A stretch of DNA of 64,000 nucleotides from Eledone cirrhosa (GCA_964016885.1 OZ024746.1:57722001-57786000); one strand, 5' to 3'; counted from the stretch's first letter, positions 14,470-29,931 are shown. The notes: generated from the sequence alone by a model not told the origin. Numbers and translations are program-made.

Positions 14470-15794
14470 GTTATGGAATACTGTTGGCTTCCTGCTACAA
14501 TAATTTCTATACTTTTCATTTATATATATACATATATATATAAATATATATATATGGGCATTCATGCATGGGTGAATACACGCCTATCTTGCGCTTGTGA
14601 ATGGTACTGGGTCTGGTTGATAAATGATATGGAGATTGATATAATCAAGCTAGAATGTCTGATTGTGTTTTCTGTTCTTTTAAATACGATTTCTAGTATG
14701 TTTTCAAACTATTAAAGGAACTCAAATGACCACAGATATCTGGGTTTTCCCGAAATGTATCAAAGAACTATCACATATTTCCAAGGTACCATTGTATTAT
14801 CATTTTTTTTTATTTTATAGTCAATTCCCTAACTACATTGCTTTTATAATTTTTTGATTTAATAATCAATCCCCTATCTACATTGCTTTAGACCATTAAC
14901 CTAAAACAATCGTCTGTCATGCAGGTAAGTCGATATGTAGAGAAATATGCACCCATCTATTAGGAGTTATACACAAAATTACTGTGTAAGTAATTGTAGA
15001 ACAATTAATGAGAAAGCTTGAGTGAGAAGGGAACGTTTTTATGCATAATAACAAATAAATCTGTCGGTAAAGCAACTTGTTTTAGGTTTTCCTATCTACA
15101 GTGTGAATACACGTTCTCAGTTATAGCAATGTTCTACTTTTTCAAGCAGCCTGATGATTCTTTAACACAATGTTAGTTGTTTAACAATTTAACGTTTTCT
15201 AAGTACGTACACCCTACAATAGATATCTCTCTTTTAACATAACATAACATTCAACTAACTACGTGGACTTAAAATAACAGCGGTGTTTCAGCGGAAAGAA
15301 CTGCCCGCTTTTGTCGTTAAGCTATTTCACACGAACACCTTCATTTGATTTGTCTCCCAAACAATACGCTTAATTCTATGAAAACCATTGCTATTGCTGT
15401 GTCGTGGTGGTGCTATGGAAAATTTCGTGTTAGTGCATACAAAGAATATTTAAAGTGTAAGCAGTTATGTTTATAGAAATGTTGTGTTCAGTTATTGATT
15501 AATACTATGCTTCTAATCGGTAATTAAAGACAGTGGAGAAAATATAAAGTTGTTGGTAATGACACCCAGCCATTAAAGTATCAAGTTCTTCTGTTATGAT
15601 TTCCTGCTATATTGTCTTGAAGAAGATTAGGAACAAGTTGGAGGAGTTTGAGAGGGCTTGTTGTTATTGCATTGCTTTACATGACATGACAATAGAAAGC
15701 TGCCCTATAGAAATATTTGTTCGTGATCCATACATTTCGGAATTTGTATGAATAGGTCGAATACAAAAAAGAAACAGACACACTCACACGCACA

Positions 15795-15833
<39 letters not shown>

Positions 15834-15860
15834 TATATTATATGTATATATATATATATA

Positions 15861-15923
<63 letters not shown>

Positions 15924-15958
15924 ATATATATATACACATATATATATATATATATGTG

Positions 15959-16051
<93 letters not shown>

Positions 16052-16227
16052 TGAATAATTTCCGTAGTATAGTTTAAAAAAACGATCGCTTATGTATAGA
16101 GCCAAACTATATTATCATAAATAATATCTAGTACATGTCATAGAGACATGAAATACACTAGTGCTGCTTATTGTTTAGGCACAATTAAGACGGCTAACGA
16201 TATTTCAGATTATTTCAGATTATTTCA

Positions 16228-16420
16228 GGGCGACAGATTAGCAGTATCAGTAGAGGGTCGGACGCCATGCTTTCCAGCATAGAGATACGGCTTTTAACGG
16301 TCTGAGTTCAAATCCCGTCGTGGTTAACTTTGCCTGTCATCTTTACGGGGTCGATCAAATAAAGCACTACTAATGCACTGGGATAAGTGCTGGCCTTGTG
16401 CCAAAAATATAAACAGTTAT
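16228..16420 (+). mobile_element. tRNA-derived SINE
   Basis: A-box-like tagcagtatcagtag, B-box gagttcaaatccc, body gcct.tcatc.ttacggggtcgat; repeated about 9 times in the window. Confidence 0.8.
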
Positions 16421-16625
16421 TTCATACACGAGACCTCGTCAAGTACAAGCGAGTTACAAAAGATAATGTAATTATAAATTTGCTATTTATGTTATTCAGG
16501 CAGAGAAACTTATATGTCTGTAAATGTATATTGTTTAACATTTTAACATATACATTACTCGATATTTACTATTATACTTTCAAAGTAAAGGCTTTATCTC
16601 ACATAGTATCTCACATATTATCGAA

Positions 16626-17376
16626 CTTGACTTATAACCAAATCTCCAAACATCCGTGGAACTTACCAACTTTTCAAACATCCTCTTACACCATCACCTA
16701 TATACATTTTTTTATCCACACGCCACCCTCACCCACAACACGCTTAAACCACACACATGTGCTTCCCACCACATATTTATACCCTCAGCCTCCTGATTCC
16801 TCTCCCCCCACCCCCCTATCCACACACGCACAGACACTCTGACGCACAAAAACACCCCCCACACACACCTTCCTGAACATGCAACCCCGTTCTTCCCCCA
16901 ACCCTCACTTTCACATACACACACACACACACACACGCACACCTAACCACACACACCACCTTCAGCCCTCCCCGCTCGGACAACCCGTCTCCCTCTCCCC
17001 ACTCCACCCACCACCACCCCTACTCACCCCACACCCTTCCACCACCTGTTCACCCCCCCTTTTCATTTCAGTTTATTTTGATCATGCCTTTATTTTTTAA
17101 TTTTCTCATTCCTTGTATTTTGATCATGCTTTATATTTATTTATTATATTTTTTGTCTTTATTTGTTAATTTTTCATTCGCACCGTTTCCTTTCGCTATA
17201 TGTCTCTCCACCACTCCCCTACACACCTTTTGAACTCTGTTCCCAGACACTGCTCACCTGAAGAAGGGCTTATGCCCGAAACGTCGTCCCCCACCTACCC
17301 CCCACTCTCCTGAGCGTGAATTTAATAAACATTTATTGTACTACCTCTCTGTTCTGTCCCTGTTCAATTTTTCATT
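16626..17376 (+). repeat. PLE-type 3' UTR/pseudo-LTR with an HHR core at 17258-17285
   Basis: CUGAAGA A GGGC-UUAU-GCCC GAAA CG UC (stem I weak); ends in (TA)n; inverted copy at 5525-6300. Confidence 0.75.
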
Positions 17377-17489
17377 ATATATATATATATATATTTATAT
17401 ATATACATATAGGTATATATAATGTTATATATATATGTATAACCTTATATATACCTATATATATATACACAACTATACTTATATACATA

Positions 17490-17984
17490 TCTATATACAC
17501 ACACATAAGTATATATACGTACATACATATATGTATACAGACGTACAGTAGTATGTATATGTATATATACATACATGCACACATATATATATATATATGT
17601 ACGTATGGATTCACCGAACATTTATTATTATGCTCGATGTGTTTGTAAACAAACATCCCGTATTAAGCCGTAGTGTCTAGCATCCATCGTTGCTCATTTG
17701 TTCATCACTGACAAAGGAACGCTGTACAAGTTTCAAGTTTATTAGCTATCGTCAGCAACGTATACCTTCCTGCCAGATGATTGAACGTCTGAAAGTATAT
17801 ACTTTCCTTATGCATACTAAGGCCGAGAGCCTAATTTGCATATCGAGTGAGTTAATCAGCGGGGGTACCGAAAACGTTAAACGGAAAGAATGAAACGAGG
17901 TTTCATTTCTCACTTTTAGTACAGCTGTTACTTAAATATAAGTATGTATACGTACATACATATATGTATACAGACGTACAGTAG

Positions 17985-18054
<70 letters not shown>

Positions 18055-18192
18055 CATGCACACATATATATATGTACGAACTGTATATATATATGTACGA
18101 ACTGTATACCTATATGTATGTACGTATACATACTTATACTTAAGTAACATCCATACTAAGAGTGAGAAATGAAATTTCGTTTCATTTTGTCC

Positions 18193-18197
<5 letters not shown>
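17490..18197 (-). repeat. Family A unit (HHR 17719-17761) plus a short inverted terminal copy
   Basis: Homologous to the 12859-14438 units; ~18100-18197 is an inverted copy of ~17877-17975 ending ccgttta-(TA)n. Confidence 0.8.
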
Positions 18198-18256
<59 letters not shown>

Positions 18257-18277
18257 ATATATATTAAATATATATAT

Positions 18278-18346
<69 letters not shown>

Positions 18347-18391
18347 GAATACATATATATATATACATGCACATATATATATATATATATA

Positions 18392-20953
18392 TACGATATT
18401 AAATAAATGAAAACTATATTTATAAAACCATATTTATTTCATTATATATATTTCAGGGATATCATATTAACAATATGTTATGCCTTCTTCAGACAAAATA
18501 CAATATAGACAGTTTTATAAATAAATTGATTTGACATACCGTTCAACATCGACTTGTATTTGGAAAGTTGATTTGGCAGTGAAAAATTGTAAACAGAAAG
18601 AAAGAAAGAAAGAAGGAAAGAAAGAAAGAAAGAAAATGAAGAAAAAGAAGAAATGCATGCAACTAAATAGAGAGATGGAAAGATAGATAAAGAGAAGAAC
18701 TTCATGTAAAGAAACAGAGAGAGATATATAGAGAGAGGAAATAGATAGAGATATATATATAGAGAGAAAAGTAGGTAGTTGAACATCCGTTGAATGACGT
18801 ATCAATGATACATTTATTTATTTATTTATTTATTAGCTCTAGTATTAATGTAAGGGAGATATATGTGGTTAGGAGAGAAACCAGCCGTTATATAGAGAGA
18901 AAAAAATGAAAAGTAATCAGACATAGGCGAGGCAGAATTTAAAAACCCTATGTTTCAATGTAGAAATATTAGTTTGTATAAAAAACAGGCACTATAATGT
19001 AAATATCAGTATTCATGAATGAGACACGTATCTATAATGTGTGAAAAGTAATGATCTTATGTCTAGTTTTAAAAATTCATATGTTTATATGATAACTACA
19101 AACATAGATGTGAATTTACGTGATCAACTGCAAACTCCTATTTCACACGGAGAACATTCTCATTGTGCTATAAAAATTTAAGTATACATATATGTGTATA
19201 TATACACATATATATAGAGTCTATATTAATTTTAACAATACTATTCTTGTCTTTACTCTACATGATTATCTATCAAGCAGAAATAGAGAACAGATTTCAA
19301 TATATTAATAAAAATATCAGAAACAAAAACAAAAAATAATAATAAATAAATAAAACAGAAAACTAAAAAATATTACATATTAAAAATAAAAATATTAAAA
19401 ATATTAAAAAATATTAAAATAATAAAAATAAAAACATAGTATGCCACGCAAATCGACCACAAAGATCAACCCTTCAAAATGAATTGACAATATATTGCCA
19501 AGTTCATTATAAGCATCAGAGTCGAAAACAGATAAAACTAAAAATTATTTACCAAATCACGTCTAGCAGAAATCATTTCAAAAGTTTAGGATACCCATTT
19601 GGTCTACATATGTTCTTATATTTAATATAGAAGTTTATCTAGTGTAACATTTATTCGATATATTTGGAGCATCAACTTTTAGGGTAGTTTAATTTTTCAT
19701 GAAGAATGTTTAAAATAAAAATAAAAAGAAGAATAAAAAGAAGAAATCGAAAGATTTATCGGCTAGTTTCATAAATAATTACAAATCAAACTAAATATAT
19801 TACATTTTAAATTCAAATTTATATTTAAAAGTTGAGTTCAATCTATGTTTGCAGCAACTGAATAAATGTGTCCGTAGATTAAGGGAATTTTTAGATTTTA
19901 GTATAAAGAATATCTCCTCCGCGCAGAGGTCACATGTCTCAGAGGATGAATTAAAAGGAATCCCTCTTGAGACTATATTCCAAGCCGTCGAATATCTAAC
20001 GTTATCTTGCCTAAGTTGCCAGAGTACGCCTGATAGTGCTGTTGAAGATTTTTTGCTTGGATCTGTGAAAGAATTCTTGTGGTTATTATAGCACAATGAG
20101 AATGTTCTCCGTGTGAAATAGGAGTTTGCAGAGTTGATCACGTAAATTCACATCGATGTTTGTAGTTATCATATAAACATATGAATTTTTAAAACTAGAC
20201 ATAAGATCATTACTTTTCACACATTATAGATACGTGTCTCATTCATGAATACTGATATTTACATTATAGTGCCTGTTTTTTATACGAACTAATATTTCTA
20301 CATTGAAACATAGGGTTTTTAAATTCTGCCTCGCCTATGTCTGGTTACTTTTCATTTTTTTCTCTCTATATAACGGCTGGTTTCTCTCCTAACCACATAT
20401 ATCTCCCTTACATTAATACTAGAGCTAAATAAATAAATAAATAAATAAATGTATCATTGATACGTCATTCAACGGATGTTCAACTACCTACTTTTCTCTA
20501 TATATATCTATCTCTATCTATTTCCTCTCTCTATATATCTCTCTCTGTTTCTTTACATGAAGTTCTTCTCTTTATCTATCTTTCCATCTCTCTATTTAGT
20601 TGCATGCATTTCTTCTTTTTATTCATTTTCTTTCTTTCTTTCCTTCTTTCTTTCTTTCTTTCTGTTTACAATTTTTCACTGCCAAATCAACTTTCCAAAT
20701 ACAAGTCGATGTTGAACGGTATGTCAAATCTATTTATTTATAAAACTGTCTATATTGTATTTTGTCTGAAGAAGGCATAACATATTGTTAATATGATATC
20801 CCTGAAATATATATAATGAAATAAATATGGTTTTATAAATATAGTTTCCATTTATTTAATATCGTAAATATACTCCAAATACTTGTTGAGTGCTGTTATA
20901 TCAGTTATAAATATTTACTAGTTGTAACCCAACAATTTAAATATAACTTTCCA
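18392..20953 (-). mobile_element. Truncated PLE (family C): GIY-YIG 3' fragment, 3' UTR and a ~780-bp inverted repeat
   Basis: Arms 18392-19171 and 20087-20865. Frame 19800-~20090 reads YNNHKNSF...CDLCAEEIFFIL...LNLR...CCKH. HHRs at 18437-18498 (-) and 20760-20821 (+). Confidence 0.85.
20760..20821 (+). ncRNA. Type I HHR (family C); mirror copy at 18437-18498 (-)
   Basis: UUUUGU CUGAAGA A GG..CAUAUU-GUU-AAUAUG..CC GAAA UAUAUA UA/AUGAAA. Confidence 0.8.
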
Positions 20954-20973
20954 TATATATATATATATATATA

Positions 20974-21555
20974 TGGTCGCTGCCAACTCGTTTTCGAGTA
21001 CAGCCACTAATTTATATCCATGTAGGAGAACCCTACAGATAAGCTGAACGAGTGTGACTTTCTAGTCCAGCCAGCGACTTGAAAACTCTGGTACAAACAC
21101 TACATTTGTGACAATTATTGAAACGTATTGCTGGACCCATGGTACCATGTGACGATAAGTGCAATGAGATCTCCAGATATAAAGCAATGCCTGTGCCGTG
21201 AAGCTTTTATAGTGAGCAAAGGCACTGCACAAAGCCTGTCCAAGTCTCTTGATGATATCTACCAAAAAGAAGAACAAATCAACATCATTGGATATCATCA
21301 GGGTTGCAGGTGTTATATCAGAGGTTTCCTTGTCCTAGAATTAAGTCATCCCTCCAGGTGATTTTGGATGGCCATTGACTCTTAAGAGCTCCTTTGCCCT
21401 TTGACAGGTTTTGTTTTTAGTCCTGCAGGATGTCCAGTCACCCTCCTCACGAAGAAACCTTGGTGGGGTTGCCAGTTTAGTCGCCAACGACTCGACCATG
21501 AGACATGTTGTACTGGGATACATGTTATCAGTAGCACCAACTGGTGACCTGACAT
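20974..21555 (-). mobile_element. ~600-bp non-autonomous element, probably RTE-derived (5' end joined to 3' end)
   Basis: Second copy at 24201-24810 with the same ends. The 3' part has a C2H2 remnant C..VCTRVFKSLAGLESHTRS like RTE/BovB C-termini. Confidence 0.5.
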
Positions 21556-21805
21556 ACAACACATACATATATATATACATATATACATATACATGCATAT
21601 ATATATACATACATATATACATACATACATACATATATATATACATACATACATATATACATACATACATACATATATATATACATAAATACATATATAT
21701 ATACATACATACATATATATATATACATACATACATATATATATACATACATATATATATATACATATATACATATACATACATATATATATACATACAT
21801 ACATA

Positions 21806-23745
21806 GATATATAGGGGGACAGTCTCTCTGTGATATTGTTCATCTTGTCATTAAACCCCTTGTCCTTTCTGCTCAAGAAATGTGAGGGATACATCATTGG
21901 CTCACAGGAGGACAGAAATACGAACCTAACCCATAACTTCTTTGTGGACGATCTGAAACTCTATGCCAAGAACATGGATGGGATGCAGAAAAATCTTGAC
22001 CTGGTTACAACGTTCTCAAAGGATATAGGAATGGAGTTTGGCCAAGATAAATGCTCATACATGACTGTAAAGCGGGGAAAAACAACAACCCAATCTAGCA
22101 ACATTGTCATCAATGGTCTAACTGTTCCACCGATATCTGATGAGGACTGCTACTGATACCTGGGAATAGATGAGAACATATCCTATAATGGTATCTCTAA
22201 TAAAGAACGCGTAACCAGGGAATACTACACCCGATTAAGAAAGATCTGGTCATCGGAACTCTCTGCGCAAAACAAAACAGTGGCTCACAATGTGTTTGCT
22301 GTGCCTGTCCTAACACCAACGTTTGGAATACTCAATTGGACGATAGACGAGATCCGAGCAGTTGATGTTGGAACTCGAAAAATACTGAACAACACCGGAA
22401 ACTTCCACATCAACAGTGACACAGACCGCCTTTACTTGAAACGTAGGCCGGGAGGCAGAGGCCTAACATCAGTCCAGACAACATTTGAATGTCGCATCAT
22501 ATCTCTCCGACAACATCTACGAACCTCGAAGCGTAGGAGCCCGCTTCTCGAGCAAGTCTATCTGCATGAAACAGATAAGATCATGAGAGTTGGGAAGCAA
22601 CTCCTTGAGAGATATTCCCTGTGTGATAATCAAAAACTCACACCCAGGGATGTCGCTCAGCAGTATCGCAGTGAATCCATGGATGAAAAACTGAATGCCT
22701 ATCAGCAAAAAATAATGCATGGATATGTGGCGAGGAAGCTCCAAAGTGAGATTAATATAGATAAGGAAAGTAGTCTATCTTGGACCAACAACCGCTATAT
22801 TGGCTCCCACTTTGAAGGATGCGCTTTTGCAATCCAAGAACAGGAGATTAGCACGAAATACCTGATTCACAAAAGAGATAGGGATGCAGGCAAACACCTA
22901 GATGTGATAACAAGTGCAGACTCTGCAGAACTAACATCGAGGACATCACCCATGTCATCAGCAGCTGCCCAAAGATGTCATCGCGGTACAATCTACCTAT
23001 GAGGCATGAAGTAGTGGCCCAAACACTGTACAATGCAGTTCGTAAAAAAGATAGCCCCGATAATAAACACATTAAAAGCTACAACAATGTGGAAGACATC
23101 CATGTACATAATATGAAAGAGTACTGGTGGAATGTTCCAGAAAAAAATCCAATAAAATGCAGGCATAACAAACCAGATATTATGATATGGGACAGGGAGA
23201 AGAAAACATGCATATTAGTGGAAATTAGCTGCCCTTCAGATGCCAATATAATATCAAAGATTAGTGAAAAGAAGAATATTTATGCAGAACTGATGAGAAA
23301 TCTGCAGATACTCCACCCTGATTACACCTTCAGATTTATGCCTGTGATTATTGGGGCACTGCGATATGTTAGTAACCGCCTCAATACAAATCTTGAGAAG
23401 CTAGGCTTCACAGGACCAGAAATAACACAACTAGTTAGGAAATTACAAGTACAATCCATTAATGGGACAGAAAAAATTTGTGAAACAATCCAAAAATGTT
23501 GCATATAATAACTGCATATACACATGTACAGATACAAAGCATATACACATGCACATATACAACTCAAAACATACACATCCACACATACAATAACATCCAT
23601 ATCTACACACGCATGCATGCAGACATACATACATATCTACCTAGTTGATGTTGTGTAAATTCCAATGAGAGAGTCTTGTGTCCATGTTAGAAACCGACTC
23701 TCTCTCTATTGGTAAAACTTTGTGAAATTATAAAACCAGAAGAAC
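21806..23745 (+). mobile_element. 5'-truncated, decayed R4/Dong-type non-LTR retrotransposon (RT + restriction-like endonuclease)
   Basis: [66 protein letters not shown]; internal stops and frameshifts; flanked by (CATA/TA)n. Confidence 0.85.
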
Positions 23746-23826
23746 ATACATATACATACATATATATATATACATAAACATACATACATATACATACATA
23801 TATATATATATACATATATATACATA

Positions 23827-23862
<36 letters not shown>

Positions 23863-24200
23863 CATATATACATATATATACATACATACATATACATACA
23901 TATATATGCATACATATATAAATAAATATATATACATACATATACATGCATATACATCCATAAATATACATACAAATATATACATACACATACTTATATA
24001 TACATACATACATACATATACATACATATATACATATATACATACATACATATACATATACATACATATATACATATACATACATATAAATATACACATA
24101 CATATATATATACACATACATACATATATAGATATATGTATATATACATACATACATACATACATACATACATACATACATACATACATACATACATACA

Positions 24201-24810
24201 TGGTGGCTGCCAACTCGTTTGCGAGTACGGCCACTACTTTATATCCACGTAGGAGAACCCCTACCGATGCGCTGAACGAGTTTGACTTTTTAGTCCAGTC
24301 AGCGACAAACCTCTGGTACAAACGCTACATTTGTGACAATTATTGACACATAGTGCTGGGCCCATGGTACCATGTGACGACAAGTGCAGAGAGATCTCCC
24401 GATATAAAGCAATACCTGTGCCGTGAAGCTTTTATAGTGAGCAAAGGCACTGCACAAAGCCAGTTCCACTCTCTTAACCAAGATGATATTTACCAAAAAG
24501 AAGAACAAGACAACATCATTCGATACCATCAGGGTTGCAGGTGTTATATCAGAGTTTTCATTCTCCTTGAATTCTGCCTTGTCAAAGGCTAAGGAATCAT
24601 CTCTCCCTGTGATTTTGGATGGCCATTGACTCTTAAAAGCTCCTTTGCCCTTTGACAGGTTTTGTTTTTAGTCCTGCAGGATATCCAAAGTCACCCTCCT
24701 CACCGAGAAACCTTGGTGGGTTGCCAGTTTAGTCGCCAACGACCCGACCATGAGACTGGTTGTACTGGGATACATGTTGCCAGTAGCACCAACTGGTGAC
24801 CTGACATGAT
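24201..24810 (-). mobile_element. Second copy of the ~600-bp RTE-like non-autonomous element
   Basis: Colinear with 20974-21555. Confidence 0.5.
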
Positions 24811-24843
24811 ATATATACATACATACATACATACATACATACA

Positions 24844-26030
<1,187 letters not shown>

Positions 26031-26059
26031 TATATATATATATATTTATTTTTTTTATT

Positions 26060-26320
26060 TTTTTTATTTTATAGAAGGAGCTTCTACAGGACTAGTACTG
26101 TTTCATTCAGATGAAATCTTCAGGAAGCTGGGTATCATATTAAGTTCTGGTATTTATACATTTAAGTAGTGGTAAGGGAGGGGTGGTGGAAGGGAGGGGG
26201 GGGGGGTATTTAGGTACACAGGACCCCTTCATGGCACAGGCCGTTTTTTCTTTGGGGAGTGGTCAATTAGTCAGAGTGCTTTTTTGAAATAAATAAATAA
26301 GTAAATAAATTAATTTATGA
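26060..26320 (-). repeat. PLE pseudo-LTR with HHR 26079-26129; inverted copy of ~30580-30838
   Basis: Reverse complement of 30580-30838. Confidence 0.75.
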
Positions 26321-26673
26321 GTGATTGATTAGGTAATGAATAGATAAGGGATAAAAGATAGGTAACGAATAGTGATTGGTAAATAGTAAGTAATAAATAA
26401 TAAATAGTAATTAATTACTTGATGATAATATTAATCACTTAATAGTGACATTAATTATTTTATCCTCTATCAGGCCCAGTTTAAAATTTAAAATTTAAAA
26501 TTTGTCCCACTACCTTTATACTATAGACACATGTACGAGTGCGAACGAGTGTGTGTTTGTGCATATGCGTTTATGTGTACTTATTTGTATGTATGTATGT
26601 GTATGTATGCGTGTCTGCTTGTAAACGTGTATGTGTGTGTATGTATGTATGTATATATGTATATATATATATG

Positions 26674-26708
<35 letters not shown>

Positions 26709-29224
26709 CTTTGAAATGTTTTGGCCAGTATTGGCCCAGGCCATGTCTAACTTAATAGCACCACCTGGCGAAGTCTTTCAATTCAGGATTTGGGCACCAT
26801 GGCCCATTCGAGAAGAGAATTACTGTTTGCGGAGACATATCCGGGTGTGGGTGGTTTGTCCGGGATTACTTGGAGGAATTTGTCCAAAGACTTCTTGAAT
26901 TTTGTGTGGTCAGTTTCTGTTTTGACGTGTCCTGGTGTGATGTTGAAGAGAGCAGGGCCGATTGAGGTGAAATAATTGTGCCGTATTGTTGTTATGAGTT
27001 GCGATTTAGATTTTTGAATGGGACGGATAGCACGGGGCCCAAGCCTTGGGTGTATCTTGAAGGCGATGCCAACATCATTTGGGCAGTGATGATGGAACAT
27101 TTTCCACATCATGCAGATAATATAACGCTCACGGCGACGTTGGAGTGAGTAAAGTTTCAGGTTTTCTAATCGACCCCAGTAGTCAAGGTCTGACATGCCA
27201 TCTATCTTTTTCGTGATTGCCCTTTGAGGAGCTTCAAGTTTCATGATACTTCGTTTCGTGTGGGGAGACCACAGTGGACAACAGTATTCAAGGTGTGGTC
27301 GGGCGAAAGTAGAGAAGAGAAGGATAATGGTGCGGGAATCTCTCGACTGGAAGGTTCTGAGGATCCAGGAACACATTCTGCGGGCCATGTCAACTTTGCT
27401 GCTTATATGCGTGGTCCAGCTTATGTTGCTGTCCACGGTTACTCCCAAGTCTCTGATGTTGTTAGATGCCACGAGAGTTTCCCCGGAGGGAAGGGAGTAC
27501 GGGAGTTTCAGAGCATCCTCTTTTCCAAAGTGGATCAGTTCGAATTTGTCTTCGTTCAGTAACATGTTGTTCTTTTCTGCCCATTGGGTAACAGCCAGTA
27601 GGTCTGACTGAAGGCTTATCCGGTCATCCACGCCATTGATGACCTTTTGGAGCTTGGAATCATCAGCGAAAATTTTAATGTTGCTGTGTCTGATGATGTC
27701 AGTGATGTCATTAATATAGATGATGAAGAGAAGTGGGCCCAACACAGTGCCTTGTGGGACCCCACTACTGACTTTGGCTGGGCTTGATTTGACTCCCTCA
27801 ACTACAACATGTTGGGTTCTGTTTGACAGAAAGCTCTTGATCCACTGCAGCAGCTTTCCAGTGACACCAATATTGGACAGCTTTCTCAGTAGAATGTTAT
27901 GATCAACCCTGTCAAAGGCCTTGCTGAAATCAAGGAAGATAACATCAGTGTTGGAACCCTCTCCCAAGGCTCTCAAAATGTCATCAAAGTGATGCAGTAG
28001 CTGCGTCAGGCAATCCCTTCCATTACGGAATCCATGCTGGTTGGAGTTCAGCATATTGTTACTCTCAAGGAAGTGGGTCATTCGCGATCTCACCACTCGC
28101 TCAAATACCTTAATGATATGAGAGGTGAGTGAGATTGGACGGTAATTCACGGCAAGGGATTTGTTTCCCTTTTTGAAAACTGGGACAACAGACTGGGATA
28201 GAAGGTTTTCTGGCACATATCCAGCATCCAGTGAGTTCCGCCACAGATTGGCAAGAGGAGATGCAAGTTGGTGTTGACCCGCCTTCAAGACACAAGCAGG
28301 GAACCTATCGGGACCTACTGCTGAATTATGCTTGATTTCCTTTATTGCCGCCAAGACATCAGGGGCGCCAAACGTTATGTCCGATAAGGTGTAATGGGGA
28401 GTAACATCGCCGATACAGCCCAGATCGGCCATATCAGGATTGCTGAAAACAGAGCAGTATTGTTTCTGCAGTATCTCACCCATGGTTTTAGCATTGTCTT
28501 GAAGAGTGCCATTTTCATCAATTAGAGGGCCAACAGTAGAGCCAGTGATTTTGTGTTTTTTTGCAAATGAAAAGAACACTTTGGGATTGAGTTTGATCTT
28601 CTCAATGGCCCAGGCCTCTTCAGCTCTTCTCTGATTGTTGATGAGGGACATTATGTTGTTTTGGAGGTTATGTTTTTTAATCTCTAGTGATGAAATGGCA
28701 GTCAAGTTGATGTGTTGCTGCTGACAGTATTTCAGCTTGTTGATTTTTTTGTTCGTTCTCTTAATTTTTCTGATGAGTGTTTTTCTATTTCTAGGGATTC
28801 TGCTCTTAGATTTGTTTATAGTTCTTAATGGGGTGTGTTTAGCACATATGTTTGTAACAGTGTCCACAAATGTCTGCCAGGACTTTTTGATGTTAGTGGG
28901 TGTATGAGTGTGCGTGAAGGACCAGTCGACATATGCAAGATCATGACTGATCGCTTCCCAGTTTGCATTGTGGAAATCCATAGCGTCAAACGGATGGACA
29001 GGAGAGATGACATTGGGTTTGTATATTGGACGGTGGAATCTCAGATCACAGAGAACCATGTCATGATCAGAGAGTAGAGTTTTCTCCACTGCAATATTGT
29101 GGATATTGTCAGTGTGATTGCTGAAAATTAAGTCTAGGACGTTTTTGTGGCACCTCGTTGGTTCGAGCACCAGTTGGGATAGGAAGAAATCATCCATGAA
29201 GTCAAGAAGCGATTCCACAGCTTC
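26709..29224 (-). mobile_element. 5'-truncated CR1-group LINE inserted in (TA)n
   Basis: Open 811-aa frame plus a ~75-nt 3' UTR; (TA)n on both sides. Confidence 0.9.
26783..29218 (-). CDS. LINE ORF2 (end of APE endonuclease + RT), CR1/L2 group
   Basis: EPTR..NVLDLIF..SDH; NYRPISLTS, QHGFR, FLDFSKAFDRVDH, SGVPQGTVLGPLLF, FADD, RDLGV, LEYCCPLWSP, LQRRRERY. The ORF-track start is a truncation point, not a real start codon. Confidence 0.92.
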   Translation of the reverse strand: MESLLDFMDDFFLSQLVLEPTRCHKNVLDLIFSNHTDNIHNIAVEKTLLSDHDMVLCDLRFHRPIYKPNVISPVHPFDAMDFHNANWEAISHDLAYVDWSFTHTHTPTNIKKSWQTFVDTVTNICAKHTPLRTINKSKSRIPRNRKTLIRKIKRTNKKINKLKYCQQQHINLTAISSLEIKKHNLQNNIMSLINNQRRAEEAWAIEKIKLNPKVFFSFAKKHKITGSTVGPLIDENGTLQDNAKTMGEILQKQYCSVFSNPDMADLGCIGDVTPHYTLSDITFGAPDVLAAIKEIKHNSAVGPDRFPACVLKAGQHQLASPLANLWRNSLDAGYVPENLLSQSVVPVFKKGNKSLAVNYRPISLTSHIIKVFERVVRSRMTHFLESNNMLNSNQHGFRNGRDCLTQLLHHFDDILRALGEGSNTDVIFLDFSKAFDRVDHNILLRKLSNIGVTGKLLQWIKSFLSNRTQHVVVEGVKSSPAKVSSGVPQGTVLGPLLFIIYINDITDIIRHSNIKIFADDSKLQKVINGVDDRISLQSDLLAVTQWAEKNNMLLNEDKFELIHFGKEDALKLPYSLPSGETLVASNNIRDLGVTVDSNISWTTHISSKVDMARRMCSWILRTFQSRDSRTIILLFSTFARPHLEYCCPLWSPHTKRSIMKLEAPQRAITKKIDGMSDLDYWGRLENLKLYSLQRRRERYIICMMWKMFHHHCPNDVGIAFKIHPRLGPRAIRPIQKSKSQLITTIRHNYFTSIGPALFNITPGHVKTETDHTKFKKSLDKFLQVIPDKPPTPGYVSANSNSLLEWAMVPKS

Positions 29225-29260
<36 letters not shown>

Positions 29261-29517
29261 TATGTGTGTGTATGGGTATATATATATATATATGAGATTT
29301 TATATGTATGTGTGTGTGTATGTGTATATATGTATATATATGTGTGAATGTATGTGTTTGTGTGTGCGTGTTTGTATGTATGTGTATGTACGTGCGTGCA
29401 TTTGTATGTATGTGTATGTATAGTATAGTTTACACGAGGGAGACATACGTACATGTAGGTGTGTATACATATACACATGTGTATATATATATGTATATAT
29501 ATATGTATACATATATA

Positions 29518-29591
<74 letters not shown>

Positions 29592-29607
29592 TATGTATAC
29601 ATATATA

Positions 29608-29676
<69 letters not shown>

Positions 29677-29854
29677 ATGTGTATGCGCACGTGTGTATGT
29701 GTAGATATATATGTGTGTGTATGTGTATGCGTGTGTGTGTGTATATTTGTGTGTTTTGTGTTTTCTTGTGTATATATGTATATATGTGTATATATGTATG
29801 TGTGTGTGTGTATATGTATGTGTGTGTGTGTGTGTGTATACGCACACATATGTA

Positions 29855-29931
<77 letters not shown>

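Noticed and set aside
18478-18805. Hydrophobic F/L/S-rich ORFs repeated four times (also 20457, 25050, 25510)
   Set aside because: Low-complexity CT-rich PLE 3' UTR; recurrence reflects the repeat, not coding selection.
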